Notes under the pieces: model-generated
Database searches by the model: none
Told to the model about the DNA's origin: nothing
What the model saw: the letters and a program-made list of their open reading frames with translations, nothing else
Assembly: GCA_965153455.1 (NCBI GenBank)
Contig: OZ234494.1
Location: forward strand, 11,346,001-11,410,000
Reading direction: 5' to 3'
Origin: Sphagnum compactum
Taxonomy: Eukaryota
Length of the DNA: 64,000 bases
In this document: positions 41,401-53,396 of the stretch, piece after piece
Position numbering within the stretch: position 1 is the first letter of the stretch
How the letters are laid out: each line of letters starts with the position of its first letter
Position numbers and translations under genes: made by a program

Positions 41401-43110
41401 GTAGAAGGGTTGATTGAGGAAATGAGAACATCTGGTCTAGAGGTACCCCCAAATGTATACACCTCAGTGATACGGGTTTGCTCCAAAGATGGAAATGTTG
41501 AGAGAGCAGAACAGGTTTTTGAGGAGCTTCTTAGGTCTGGCCACAAGCCTGAATGGCGAGCTTATGTTGCACTCATCCAGACTTATGGAATGGCTGGAAT
41601 GCCTGCAAAGGCTTTGCAGACATTCGAGGATATGGAGGCTGCTGAGATGCGAATTAATTTCACCATTTATGAGGCAGTGATTGAGGCCCTGGCCAAGGCT
41701 GGGGAGAAGGAAAGTGCAGAGGCTTTGCTGGAGAAGGCACTTGTTGAGTTTGCCCCTCATTTGCAGGCCTCATACAATGCTCTGATGGAGATGTATGAAG
41801 ACAAAGACTTGTTGGGTGAGATTGAAATTCGTTTCCATGAAATGAAAGAAAAGGGTTGCCGACCTAACCACCAGTCATACAATTTACTTGTTGATTCTTA
41901 CATCAAGCGAGGGCTGCTTGACAAGGCAGAGGGGGTTTACAATGAGATGAGGGAGGAGGGGGGAATTCGCCCTAATGTGAAAACCTACAGCCTCATGATA
42001 GAAGCCTTCAGCAAAGCTGAACGACAAGAAAAAGTGAAGGAGGTCTATACAAGTCTCACTGCCAGGAAGTTTGAGTTACCTGCTCATCTGAAGCCTTTGG
42101 TGACTGAAGCAGTCGGCCCAAAGAAAGTAGCATATGAAGAGAAATCAAGACCAAGAAAACTGGTGCAGGAGCAAAGGGAAATGCTTGTGGGAGTTTTGTT
42201 GGGAGGGGCCAGGCTTGAAAGCCATGATAATGATCGAACTTATGAATTTCACTTTGGTCTTAATTCTGACACCCATGTTGGGCCCATCATGATCAACCAC
42301 CTGCACAAGACATTTGCAGATTGGGCCCAGCAGGAGCCTCAAGTCGAAATTGTTGAGGACCCTAGTGAGGCATCAAAGCAGGATCATCTTGTTCAGTTTG
42401 CCACTGTGAGCCATGGCTCATTCCGGTTCTATGCCCACCAGTATCGCCCGGAAGGACAACCTGTCATTCCTAGGCTGGTCCACCGGTGGTTGACTCCAAG
42501 GTCACTTGCCTACTGGTACATGTATGGGGGCAGTAAGTGTGAAGCGACAGGGGCTATAATTCTAAATGCCTCTCACTATACTCCCAAGGAGCTTGAACTG
42601 GTAGCAAAGGCCCTGAAAGCAAGAACCATTGATTGTGAACGGAAGAAGCAACGGTCTGGATATATTGTCCGCTTCAGGGGCCAATCTGCCATGTGGCTTT
42701 GGAAGCTCATGGAGCCACATATCCTAGAGGAACTACGGGAGTTGCTAAAGCCAGAAGACCGTGATCTCCATGGTGTGCAAGATGATAAACACAACAATGG
42801 TGACATTAGTGACATGGTCAATACCAAACATGTGAACAAGGGAGCTGAATCTGCAGATCCCATAAGCAGTGATCTCAGTGTGACTGTGGAAGATAACTCC
42901 TTGATTAAAGAAGAAAAGGATTCTGTTGTTTTGCAAGAAGAATATCTTGGAAGTCATGTTTCTGAGGCAAATGATGATTGGGAAGGATTGGGAGAAGCTG
43001 TGCTAAGGGAAAAGAATGGAAGCAGTGTTTCCAGGCATCCAAGGGATAGCAAAGTACCACAGAAAGTAGAGATGAAAGATTATGAGACCATGCAGAGTTC
43101 TCACTTTTGA
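38485..43110 (+). CDS. OTP51: OTP51-like PPR + LAGLIDADG-domain organellar intron splicing factor, 2 coding exons, ~1408 aa
   Basis: Exons 38485-40533 and 40933-43110 (phase-0 GT-AG intron). Features are an S/C-rich transit-peptide-like N-terminus, WRRKKIGWLCKELP, P-class PPR repeats (e.g. SYNLLVDSYIKRGLLDKAEGVYNEMREEGGIRPN), and a C-terminal LAGLIDADG-like region (QREMLVGVLLGG...RWLTPRSLAYWYMYGG). The start codon is inferred. Confidence 0.9.
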
Positions 43111-45228
43111 GGTATGTACCATTTTTTTGCATCTTTAGTTTGTCCAGAAAGTGGAGCTGCTGCATAGTAGGCATATCAAAGCAGTTCAATGGAGGTCACT
43201 CTTTGGTATCCAGTTTTGGAGGCCACATTGAAAGTGAACGCATCAAAGAGTGAGGGTGTGGCACTAGGGTGAAGGGAAGGGGCAGAGAAGCTGCTTTCTG
43301 TGTTTGTTTTGTCACAGTTGTAGAGCTCTCATGTCTACAGATTCCCCAAGCTTTATAACTGGTTCAGCCAACTTTTGATTTTTTGTCTGGATTACTTTCC
43401 TTGCTGTTACTGGCGAGACTGGCAGACTCCAGGAGTTATGTGGGCACTCCTGGAGCTCCAGTAAAACAGATAACAAGAGCTGAAATCTCTTACTTGTAAG
43501 ATGGCCAAAGAGTAAACTTAGCACACACAACTGCCACCCTTTGATGCATGTGGCACAATCATGTGAAAAAAAGCTTTGCAGTAATCCTGCAGTAGTGAAA
43601 TCCTTGTGGATGTTTTCACTATGTATTTAGCTTCTGCAGGGAGGTCTTTGCAATCCAATGGAGAATATAAAAAGAGTTTTAGTCTGATAATTCTGGGGAG
43701 TAGTACATTCTGATGTTTTTTGAAGAATTCTGAATTTTGGGGTTAAAAGGGTAAAGAGATAATGTAATGGATATTGTACACTGAAACTTTTGTCCGATGT
43801 TATTTCATCTCTGCCTTGGCTACTGCAGGTCTCTCCATCCGGACATGACAGTAACGATTAGATTGCTGTTGTAAAGGCCTGTGCTGATTTTTGTAGTTTA
43901 GTTGGAGGCCATGTGGCAGGTTTATATTATTCCTCCTCAAAGGGCTGGTGTTTAGGTTTTTGAAACATCAGCTTTCATTTTTCTTCCACAATAGCCAGTA
44001 TCCACTGGGTATTACAGGAATGAAACAAAAAATAAAAATTAATGCACTTTTTTATGCTTGATAGGCCCAGGGAAACTAATGCTCGGTTTTTAATGCAGGT
44101 TTTTATGCTCACATGGGCCCTTGGGAAAGCCTGCTGCCTGGGCTTTACCCTACACAGATATACTATTCTCTCGAATTTTATTACTTTTGTCTCCTTCCTA
44201 TGTTTGATTGCCCTTGCCAAGATCATAATTCCCTTTCCAATGGGAACTTCTGAGCATACACCTGAATGTGTAGGGTTCTCTTGTTGTGTTGTTTCAGCTA
44301 AGTTTGGGGAAATAACTGGATGTGGGAGATACCCATACATGGTAGCATGCCCTGCATGGGTGGAACTACTCATAGTGCTAAACATCAACTTATCAGATTC
44401 TGTTTCTGTGAAGCAAAATCTGGGGTCTTAACAGCATGCAGTTTTTGCCCAGAAAAGTCAGATACATGTTCCGGGGTGGCTGGCACTTGGAACTGGAGTT
44501 ACAGCCAATTTTACAACACTTTTACTTCACTAGGGATACAACCAAAACATTTGGAACCAAATGCAAAAGGTGAAGGCTGTACGAAAGTGAAAGGACCCTT
44601 CAGAATAACACAGAAGCTACAAAAGTGGATTGGTCTAATAGAGAACCCACAAGGTGGGGCAGGGAGCTACAAGCATGGGTTGGCAGCTCTGAATGTTATC
44701 TGCTAAAAAACATGGGCAGTCTGGCAAACAAAAATACCATAGAGAACAGATAACAAGCTATTTTTATCCATCTATCACCTAACTCCATTTTTTTTTTCTG
44801 TCAGAGTAATAATCATCTTTGGTGACTATATACATTTCTTCCAAAACCATTTGTTTAGTACTCATAATATAAAACTGCAGAAACCCATGATGGAAAGGAT
44901 GACACATTTTCGAAGGCTAGTTGTTTGCCACCTAGCCACAGTTGCAGAAAAAAAAATTTGAACACTCTGTTTGGTCTACCTACTACTATTTACCCCATAA
45001 CCTAATGATATTTGGCACCCTTCAAACAAACAACCTATCGCAGACTAGCTCACAACCTCGTTTTGTTGTCTTCAACAAGCGTCTGTTAAAACGAGGTGCA
45101 CCAACATCGTCCTTGATCATTGGCCGTGGATTGTTGAAAGGCTTGGGAAATTTTCTGCACCAGATCAACGATTGATTACAAAAGAAGTCACACATCCCAG
45201 CTCAGGGGGCGGGGGTGTCGCTCATTCC

Positions 45229-46143
45229 TCAAACCACTGTTGGGTCAAGAACAGGAGGATTTCTGTGAGGTGCACTCCATGCAATGAACTTGGGAACATC
45301 ATCTCCAGGCATCAACACTTGCATTGTATACATCTGCAACATGCACAACTACATCTTAATAAGAAAACCAATGACAACAACAAGTCCTTCTCAAAACCAC
45401 ATATTACTTACAACTGGGTCTTTGAAAGTCGAATGACAAAAAACTGTGAGTGAGGGTTGGATTCACATTGGGTATCAGTTACAACAACATAGTGGTAATT
45501 TTAAAACAATACAATAGGTCTTGATTAGGGTACATTAGACATAACCAAACCCCCCAAAAATATTACATATATTATGTAAAACATTTGTTCCCCAAGAGAT
45601 AATAACTTCACAAGAATTGCGCATTCTTCCATATTTTCAATTTAATTTGCTCTAAGTGGAACTGAGACATGAGAAGGATGATAAACTAATTGGAGTATAA
45701 AACCCACTCCAAAAATAAAATAGCAATAATAGAAAAGAATAAAAGAGCACAACCAAAAGACTTCAATTGAAAGTTGGCAAATCAAAGGAACAAACTCAAC
45801 AATTTGGGGCCATATATACCTGTTTCATTTCTTGGGCTTTCTGAGCGTCTGTAGTTTGAGGAGTGACATGTTCTGGAATGGTTGCTGCTGGGTCCTCCAA
45901 AACATAATTTGACAAATTCGATTGATCAGGCATGCCACCAGAACGCTGTGTTTGGTTATGTTGGAGGCGCCATCCCCAATGGTAACAGCAAGAGAACAAC
46001 GCGCCAACTCCAAACACCATGACAACAATTATTGCAGTTACTAAGGAGATGTGTAAGCGACTCGCATGTTGCTTTGGCATGGGTCCCATAAGTGATGGAG
46101 CTAAATCCGCTTGCCCTAGAGGTGGATTATCCATACGCAGCAT
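45229..46143 (-). CDS. At5g65660-like small single-transmembrane protein, 2 coding exons, ~142 aa
   Basis: Exons 46143-45820 and 45333-45229. The hydrophobic helix ends in FSCCYHW and the C-terminus reads VLMPGDDVPKFIAW, both signatures I recall for this plant family. The start could instead be ATG 46134. Confidence 0.8.
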
Positions 46144-46377
46144 TTGCGTTTCCCCGCCCCCACTCACCACCACCTTTTTTTTTCTTTTTTTCTTCTCTCT
46201 CTCTTCAGTCGAAATTGAGTTCCATTCAAACAGACTTGAATTTCTCAAAAACCAATTTCAGGTTTCATTAGCCTCCTTCCTCATTCCTGTACAAAGAACC
46301 AAAGAGTATCAAAAACCAAAGCACCCAATATCAATCACCAATAGTGTGGAATGGGTTGTTGGGGATTCAAGAGTATA

Positions 46378-47131
46378 ATGGGAAGCAATTCTGCTACATC
46401 ATCAATAGGAACTTTGTAGACCATTTGCCCAATGAATTGCCATTATCTGACATAATCAGCACTTGGGGAGCGATTCTGCTACATCATTACAAACATTGCA
46501 GACTATTTGCCCAATATGAATGGCCATTATCTGACATAATTGGCAACTTGGGGAGCAATTCTGCTTCGTCATTATGAACTTTGTAAGACTATTTGCCCGA
46601 TGAGCAGCCATTATCTGACATAATTGACACTCGGGGGGAGCAGTTCCACTGCATCATTAGGAACTTTGTAGACTATTTGCCCGATGAATAGCTTTTATCT
46701 GAGATAATCAACACTTGGGGAGCAATTCCGCTGCATCATTAGGAACTTTGTAGACTATTTGCCCAATGAATAGCCATTATCTGACCTAATTGGCTCTTGG
46801 GGAGCGATTCCACTACATCATTAGGAACTTTGTAGACTACTTGCCAAATGAATGGCCATTAATCTGACATAATCCACACTTGGGAGCAATTCTGCTCCAT
46901 CATTATGAACTTTGTAGATAATTTGCCCACTGAAAGGCCATTATCTGACATAATCAGCACTTTGGGGAATGATTCTGCTACATCAGTAGAAACTTCTGTA
47001 CACTATTATTTACCCAATGCCCATTTTTCTCCGACGTAATTGCCACTTTACTTTGGGAGCGATTCTGCTGTATCATGAGGAATTACTTTGTAGACTATTT
47101 ACCCCAAATGCATTATCTAACATAATTGGCA
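46378..47131. repeat. Diverged minisatellite, ~9 copies of an ~82-85-bp unit
   Basis: Recurring TTGGGGAGCAATTCTGCTACATCATTAGGAACTTTGTAGACTATTTGCCCAATGAATAGCCATTATCTGACATAAT. Confidence 0.95.
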
Positions 47132-48577
47132 ATTATGAGAATCGAAAGCCAGAATCAAGGGCGGAATCTGTTCTGATTGACAATTATGAATCAGCAAGCA
47201 GAATCCCCCCCCCCCGAGTGCCAATTACGTCGCAGAATGTCCATCGTTCCCCGGGAGCGCTCTGCGCAAACCGCTTGCAGAAAGAAGAGCCCCAAGAGGA
47301 GGGGAATTCCTTTGCGGAAATCGAAGGAGACGAGCGCCGGCAGACGCTAGTACTACTGTCTGTCAGACTGACTCGCTTTCCTTCTTCCCTCAGATTTGCC
47401 GCACACACACAGAGCCCAAGACTGAATTGAAAACCTCACTCTAAAGATCCTCCAACCTCACCAGCAGCTATGGAAAACCACTTGGAAAAGAGTAGTGTCC
47501 AAGGTCGAGGTTTCCGGCACTCGCCATCACTTGGGTTTTTTTTTCTCTTTTGGGTGAGGATCAGGTTCAAGAGGCAAAGAGAAAAACATACCTATTTGAC
47601 AAAAGTAGGCACGCAAGGCGACTTGATGAAACGATGACGACAATGGAGCGATCGCGGCGTGGATCAGGAAGCAGCTGCCGTCTGAAGCACAACGAGAGAG
47701 ACAGAGAGATTCACAGAAAGCAGAATATTCAGGCACTCGTTTGTATACCCAAGTAGCTGCTATTTCTCCTCACTTGTGAAGCAGAAGCGATAGTGAACTG
47801 CAACGGAGCTCCTGCAACAGAGCTGCAAGAGTGTCCTACTACGAATGATGGCATTATTATTGTCAAACAAACCCAAACCGGACCAAAAAAAACCCAGTAA
47901 AAGCCACACTCCAAATGACATCTATAAAGATCAGAGTTTTGAACCAGCGAGACGACGACGACCACCACCACAACAACAACAACAACCCAAAAAAAAAACA
48001 CTACCGAAAACACAAATTCCTCGCAACTGATTAAGACCCAAGTTTTTTTCTCTATATCTCTCTCTTTTTCCAGACTGAATAAAAAAAAACACCCACAGAT
48101 TGATTCAATACACACCTCTGCTACTACTGCGTCTCTAATTATTATTCTCCCACTGCAACAACACAAACACAACTGAATCTTTTTATTGCAGTCAAGTGCA
48201 GCAGGAGCAGCGAGAGAGAGAGAGAGAGATAACAAAAGTGGCTTTTTGGGCTAAAACGTGAAAGCGGGAGAAGCGGGGGAGGGGGGAAAGCGGCTCATCA
48301 GACAGAGAAAGAAGTGGCTCCGGAAGCAGCGCAAGAAGAACAGTATGCACAAGGGAAAAAGGAAGAAGAAAAGGGTAGTAACACAAAAAGACAAAAATAA
48401 AAACAGAAAAGAAAAAAAACACACACAAAACAAAACTCTTCGTTAATGTAGCGTAGTCTACTTGCAAGTTGCAGCCACGACCTCGTCGCTGGTGTCAGCA
48501 AACTCCTTCGGCAGCTGCTTTCGATCGTCGTCTCTCCTCTCCTCTCTCTCTCTCTCTCTCTGTGTGCCAGCAGCCTC

Positions 48578-49007
48578 CAGTGTTACCTGGCTCTTTATAG
48601 CCAAAATGCCACAAATATTAAAAATTAAAAGTGGCTTTTACTTTCATATTTATCTTGTAGCCAAATCTGGCTACATCTTCCTGTGGATCATCATCATCAC
48701 TTTGGCTATACCACAAAATTGCCCAATCACTCCTGGAGTGGGCTCTATGTGTGTGTGTGTGAGTGTGTGTGTGTGTGAGTTTCAATAGCCATAATTAGGC
48801 CAAAATTTTAAGAAAAATCACCAGCTTTCTTCTATAGATGGTTCTTCAAATTAGGTAGGTTTTGTGTGGCCAAACATATAGAAGGATGTTTTTTTCTAAT
48901 TTAATTTTCATATTTATCTTGTGGCCAAATGTGGCTATATCTTTCTGTTGATCATCGCCATTTTGGCTATACCACAAAATTGGCCCCCCCCCAAAACAAA
49001 ACACTCC
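48578..49007. mobile_element. Two adjacent related MITE-like repeats
   Basis: The segment TCATATTTATCTTGT(A/G)GCCAAAT..GGCTA...TTTGGCTATACCACAAAATTG is duplicated at ~48645-48722 and ~48909-48983. CAGTGTT and AAAACACTCC form terminus-like ends, and there is a weaker relative near 31640-31915. Confidence 0.5.
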
Positions 49008-50879
49008 GGGAGTCTGCTTGGGGGGGGGGGGGGGGGGGGGGGGCGGCGTAGCCCGACTTTCGCGCCGGTCTCGTCGGACACACTCCTCGGCAGCTGCTTC
49101 CGACGGACGTCTGTCTCACGCGGCCGTAAGCGGCTTTCGACGGACGTCTGTCTCTGCTGGCGTCTGTCTTGCTGACGGACGTCTGAGGACTGACTGACGC
49201 CAACAGAGTAGTAACGTAGCAGTAAAGAAGCACAGTAAAATAATAATGAAAAGAATTTAACTCGCTCGCTCTTTACTACTTTTTACCTCTTATCGCTCTT
49301 TTTTCTTTCTCTCTCTCTCTCTCTCTCTCTCTTGGGGGGGAGGGGGGGGCACTTTTTTAAAAAATTAAAAATTGCTACCTACTTAATATTATTATTATTA
49401 TTATTCCAGTGACAATGTTTCATTGGAACTGGTTTATGTAGGATGGGATTTTGGTGATCATCATTATGACGATTTCAAAGTCATTTCGGATTATAATTTG
49501 TCATAGATCAAATTTCATTTTAAAATCATTTCTTGTTTGTTTTGGATTTTTTTAATTTTTTTGTTTATTTGTACCTTGTTGCTTTTTTTACACCTTTTCA
49601 ATGTGTTTTTTTTTTTTTTTTTTTGGGGTCTATTTGTATCTTCTTGTGAACTTATTTAATGAATCAGCCTTTCGTTGACAAAAATGAAACAAAAAATTTA
49701 ATGAAACAAAATGACATATAGTGAAATTTAAAAAAATTATCTTTTGAGAAGACAAAATTAATAACAACAAAATTATTATGTCCACAAAAAATAATTTAAT
49801 CATTGTCACTTGTAGTGTGAAGCAATATGGAGCCCAAATTATTATTGTATAAATAAAAATATTATATTTTCTACATTACTCTTTAAATGAGATAATGATC
49901 TCCATTGTTATCATGACAATTAATTCATTCTTTTGCAGTTAAAGAAGTTTTTTTTTTTTTTTTTTCCTCCAAAAGGCTTTTTTTTCTTTTTAAGGATTTC
50001 CTTTTGTGACCTAGCAATTAGCAACCCACTAGTGTATCATCATCCCATCAAAAAACCTGTTATGACTTAGTTCTGAGATGGATGGATGGATGGATGAATG
50101 AATCATAACCAACGTTACCAAGGTTCCCACCTTGGTAACCTATCAATCCTATGAACAACCCACTTACCTCCTTCTTCTCACACTACCTAGGTAACTAGCA
50201 TGTTAAGTGAGTAATTATAAAAGATAAGTAGGTACAAAATGTGAGTGGTTACTATTTAGGTAGGTAAGTAAGTAACTCACATGGTAACTACTATGTAGTT
50301 AGATGCTTGTGGATGCTCGGTTTGTAGCTAACCATTGTGGTTAGCTATGGGACATGAATACAACGGAAAAGTGTTTCCTGTCCACACACCATCCATCTTG
50401 CATGGTGCACTTGTGGGTGCTGGTTCACTCTGGCTGTGTTTGTTTGTGGTGATACTAAAATCTGGTTTTAAATTAATAAAATAGAAATGATTGATTGAGA
50501 GCAAGGTTGTTTCTTCTCCCCGCTCCCCTAATTTATTTTTTAGTGATATCAAAAAATTTGCAACATTTTCCAACAAAATAGAAATTTTAGTTGAATTTAG
50601 AAAAGAAAAAAGAAATTCCCAAAAGAAAATTTGTTGATCAAAATTAAAATTGTCAGGAAAAAAAAAACATCAATCTGGGCTAACTGAATGGATTTTGGTA
50701 AATCTCTCATTTGTTTGGAAATGATGGTAGCTTGTGTGGTAAAAGAAACTTAAGGCAAAAACGAGGTTGGAATGGTAAACATTGGTGGGTTACACCAAAG
50801 TTTGTTATGTAAAGTAGAACCACCCATCACTAAACACTCACGGGTAAGCAAACACTCAGACAGTTCAAAACATGACTCA

Positions 50880-51156
50880 TTACCAAACATCATCGAACCG
50901 ATAACCGTTCAATGATACCCTAAAATTATCAAACATCATCCAACTCATAACCATTCGATGATACTCTAAAATTATCAAACATCATCCAACCAATAATTGT
51001 TCAACAATACCCTAAAATTATCAAACATCATCTAATCGATAATTGTTCAACAATATCTTAAAAATTATCAAACATCAATCCAACCGATAATTGTTCAACA
51101 ATACCCTAAAATTATCAAACATCATCCAACGGATAGTTGTTCAACAATACCCTAAA
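50880..51156. repeat. Minisatellite, ~6 copies of 46 bp
   Basis: Unit AAAATTATCAAACATCATCCAACCGATAATTGTTCAACAATACCCT. Confidence 0.93.
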
Positions 51157-53076
51157 AATCGAGTGACCAGTTCTTAAAACAAGTGTTTATGTTGGAAACA
51201 AAATTGTTTGGAAATAAAGTTTGCATCATTTCATGGTAATGGGAGGGACATTGTTTGCGTATGAAGTCTAGCATGTCTAACAATAATAAGATGCACTTTA
51301 GTTGGACATGGAAGGATATGTGTTCATAAGAGATTGCCTCTTTTTTTTTTTCCTTGCAATCCCTTGCTTTGGGAGATTTTATCTTGCTCATTTCAAACCC
51401 AAATGACGATTGTAAATCGTTATAACAACGGTGTCAAGTGAATGGTTACTTAGACTTTTTGAACCTCCAGGACTAAAAGTGAAGGTAGAATTTCAAACCC
51501 TAAACCCTACACATACTCCCCTCTCGCCCTGCCCTTCCCCTACACATACAAACCTGACCTAATTTTCAGTTTACAGGTACATTGCATAGCATAATCTTCC
51601 TCTTAGCATATACATAGGAAGTCCCTCCCCTAATTTGAGGGTTGTAGCCTTTGTAGCCTCAAGGGTGGTAGCCCCAAGGTGTAGGCCCAGAAATTAAGAG
51701 AGACCTGTGGGAGCGGGCCTTCCCCAACATAAAGTACTAAAGGGCTTTTTCTTTGAGGTCCCTTTAATTGACAAAAGCATCTTTTGTGTAGAGAGGACGG
51801 TGCTTTCAAATACAAAGAAAATGCCTTGGAGTTAACCCGGGTTGAACATGGTGACAAACCGTTTTAGAAGTAAAAATTTTATGCAACCAATGAGAAGGCT
51901 CAACATACATTTAAAGGGGCCCAGTTTGTTTCTTTTGGGGTTTTGGGGAGACTGGCAGGAAAGGATCCTTTTGTTCTTGTGGTTCCCAATGTGTTCCTCA
52001 AGATGTTCCCAATATCACCGCACTTTTATCCCATATGCTTTGCCCAAAGTTGAACTTTCGTATATATAAACTGTAAGGGTGAGTCAAAGGGAAGCTTGAA
52101 GCGCCTCTGGGCTTCCAATTTGGGGGTGTGCCCAATGTTTCCAAAAGGAAAAAGAAAAAAACGGTTTCAAATGGTTTGGGGGGGTAACCCCAAAGTATAA
52201 GCTACTTTCATTGAAGGGTGCATGCTACCCTTTCGAGCATCAGGTTGAGTGACTCACCCAATGAGAGGTGGTCGCCCCAAAAGGCCCTTCCTCATGTGAA
52301 ATAGATAGGTTATTAGGTACAAATGTTTGTTGCAAAATATAGGAGTTGGCTTGGTACATAGGATGATATATAAGTCTATGTTGGTGTCCAATGAACCTAC
52401 CAGGCAGGTTATGACCTGAGGCACCAAATAGCTAGCTACAATGGGCTAAAAAAAATAAAGAAATGCTAATAGATTGATGGTCTAACTATACTTTTTTAAG
52501 TACTTTTTAATTACATATAGGTTCCAATATTTTAAAAATTGACAAATGGCACCTTATGGTGATTCACAACTCTCATAGCTTTGCATTGACCTCTGAGATG
52601 ACTATGCACCTAGCAAGGTGGAAAAACATAAAAGGGTTGTTGTTATGATAGATTCTGACATAACAGTTCCCTAATGGAAAGATGTTCTAAAGTCCTCTTT
52701 CCATTAGGCTACCCTGGATCAGAGAGTCTATCTCAACAGCTGCTTTCCATTACATTTGTTTCATCCAAAACTCAAAGTCGCTTCCCGACTCTGCAAGACA
52801 TTCCGACCAAATGCAGGGTTGTTTGAATCGATAGTCAATCTGAGAGTCACTAAGAAGTGACATATGTCATATTTTACAAGAACAGGTCTTGTTTAGAAAT
52901 TCTCTGAAAAGTACCATACAAATGAAATGTTCTCAACATCAATTATCTAGCTTCATTCCAACTCTCGAATGGAAAGTGCATGTCCATGCAAGCTCTCTCT
53001 ATATGGGACTAAAAATGGTCGAAACAAGGTTAAAATAACACTCACTAGGACTTATAGGGAACCTGATTTGGGAGAG

Positions 53077-53396
53077 TGTTAATCCAGTCAGTACAAAAGT
53101 ACTGCTATCAAAAAAAATTCTCTTAGTCTGCCCTTTGCCCTCTCTTTTTTTTCACCTTGTCATCTTTTGCACACATAACCTCTCTCATTATGAGTACCAA
53201 GGGGGCATGTACATGGCAGGTAACATGCATCAAGGGTTTTGTAGCATGCTACAAACCCCCCTAGAACTCGTAACATGCCCAAAAAATGTATGACATAGAC
53301 CCAAAAACATGTCTAGAAACACAAAGGTGAAAAAAAAAAGAGGGCAGACTGGGGAAATTTTTTTGGAGCAATACTCTTGTACTGACCGAGTTAACA
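53077..53396 (-). ncRNA. Long fold-back hairpin, candidate MIRNA precursor
   Basis: Arms 53077-53160 and 53321-53396 are complementary. In the basal 29 bp the minus strand gives 24 Watson-Crick pairs, 4 G:U and 1 mismatch. No known miRNA was recognised. Confidence 0.55.

Noticed and set aside
42150-42740. Mobile homing endonuclease or intein
   Set aside because: The LAGLIDADG-like region is fused in frame to PPR repeats as in OTP51, the motif is degenerate, and no intein or group I intron features are seen.
38217-43189. Many antisense and alternate-frame ORFs over OTP51 (likewise over pol, INTS3 and the kinase)
   Set aside because: Shadow ORFs of GC-rich or low-complexity coding sequence with no recognisable domains.
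43975-44706. ORFs of 128-137 aa between the convergent genes
   Set aside because: No recognisable motifs, mutually overlapping, and probably within 3' UTR sequence.
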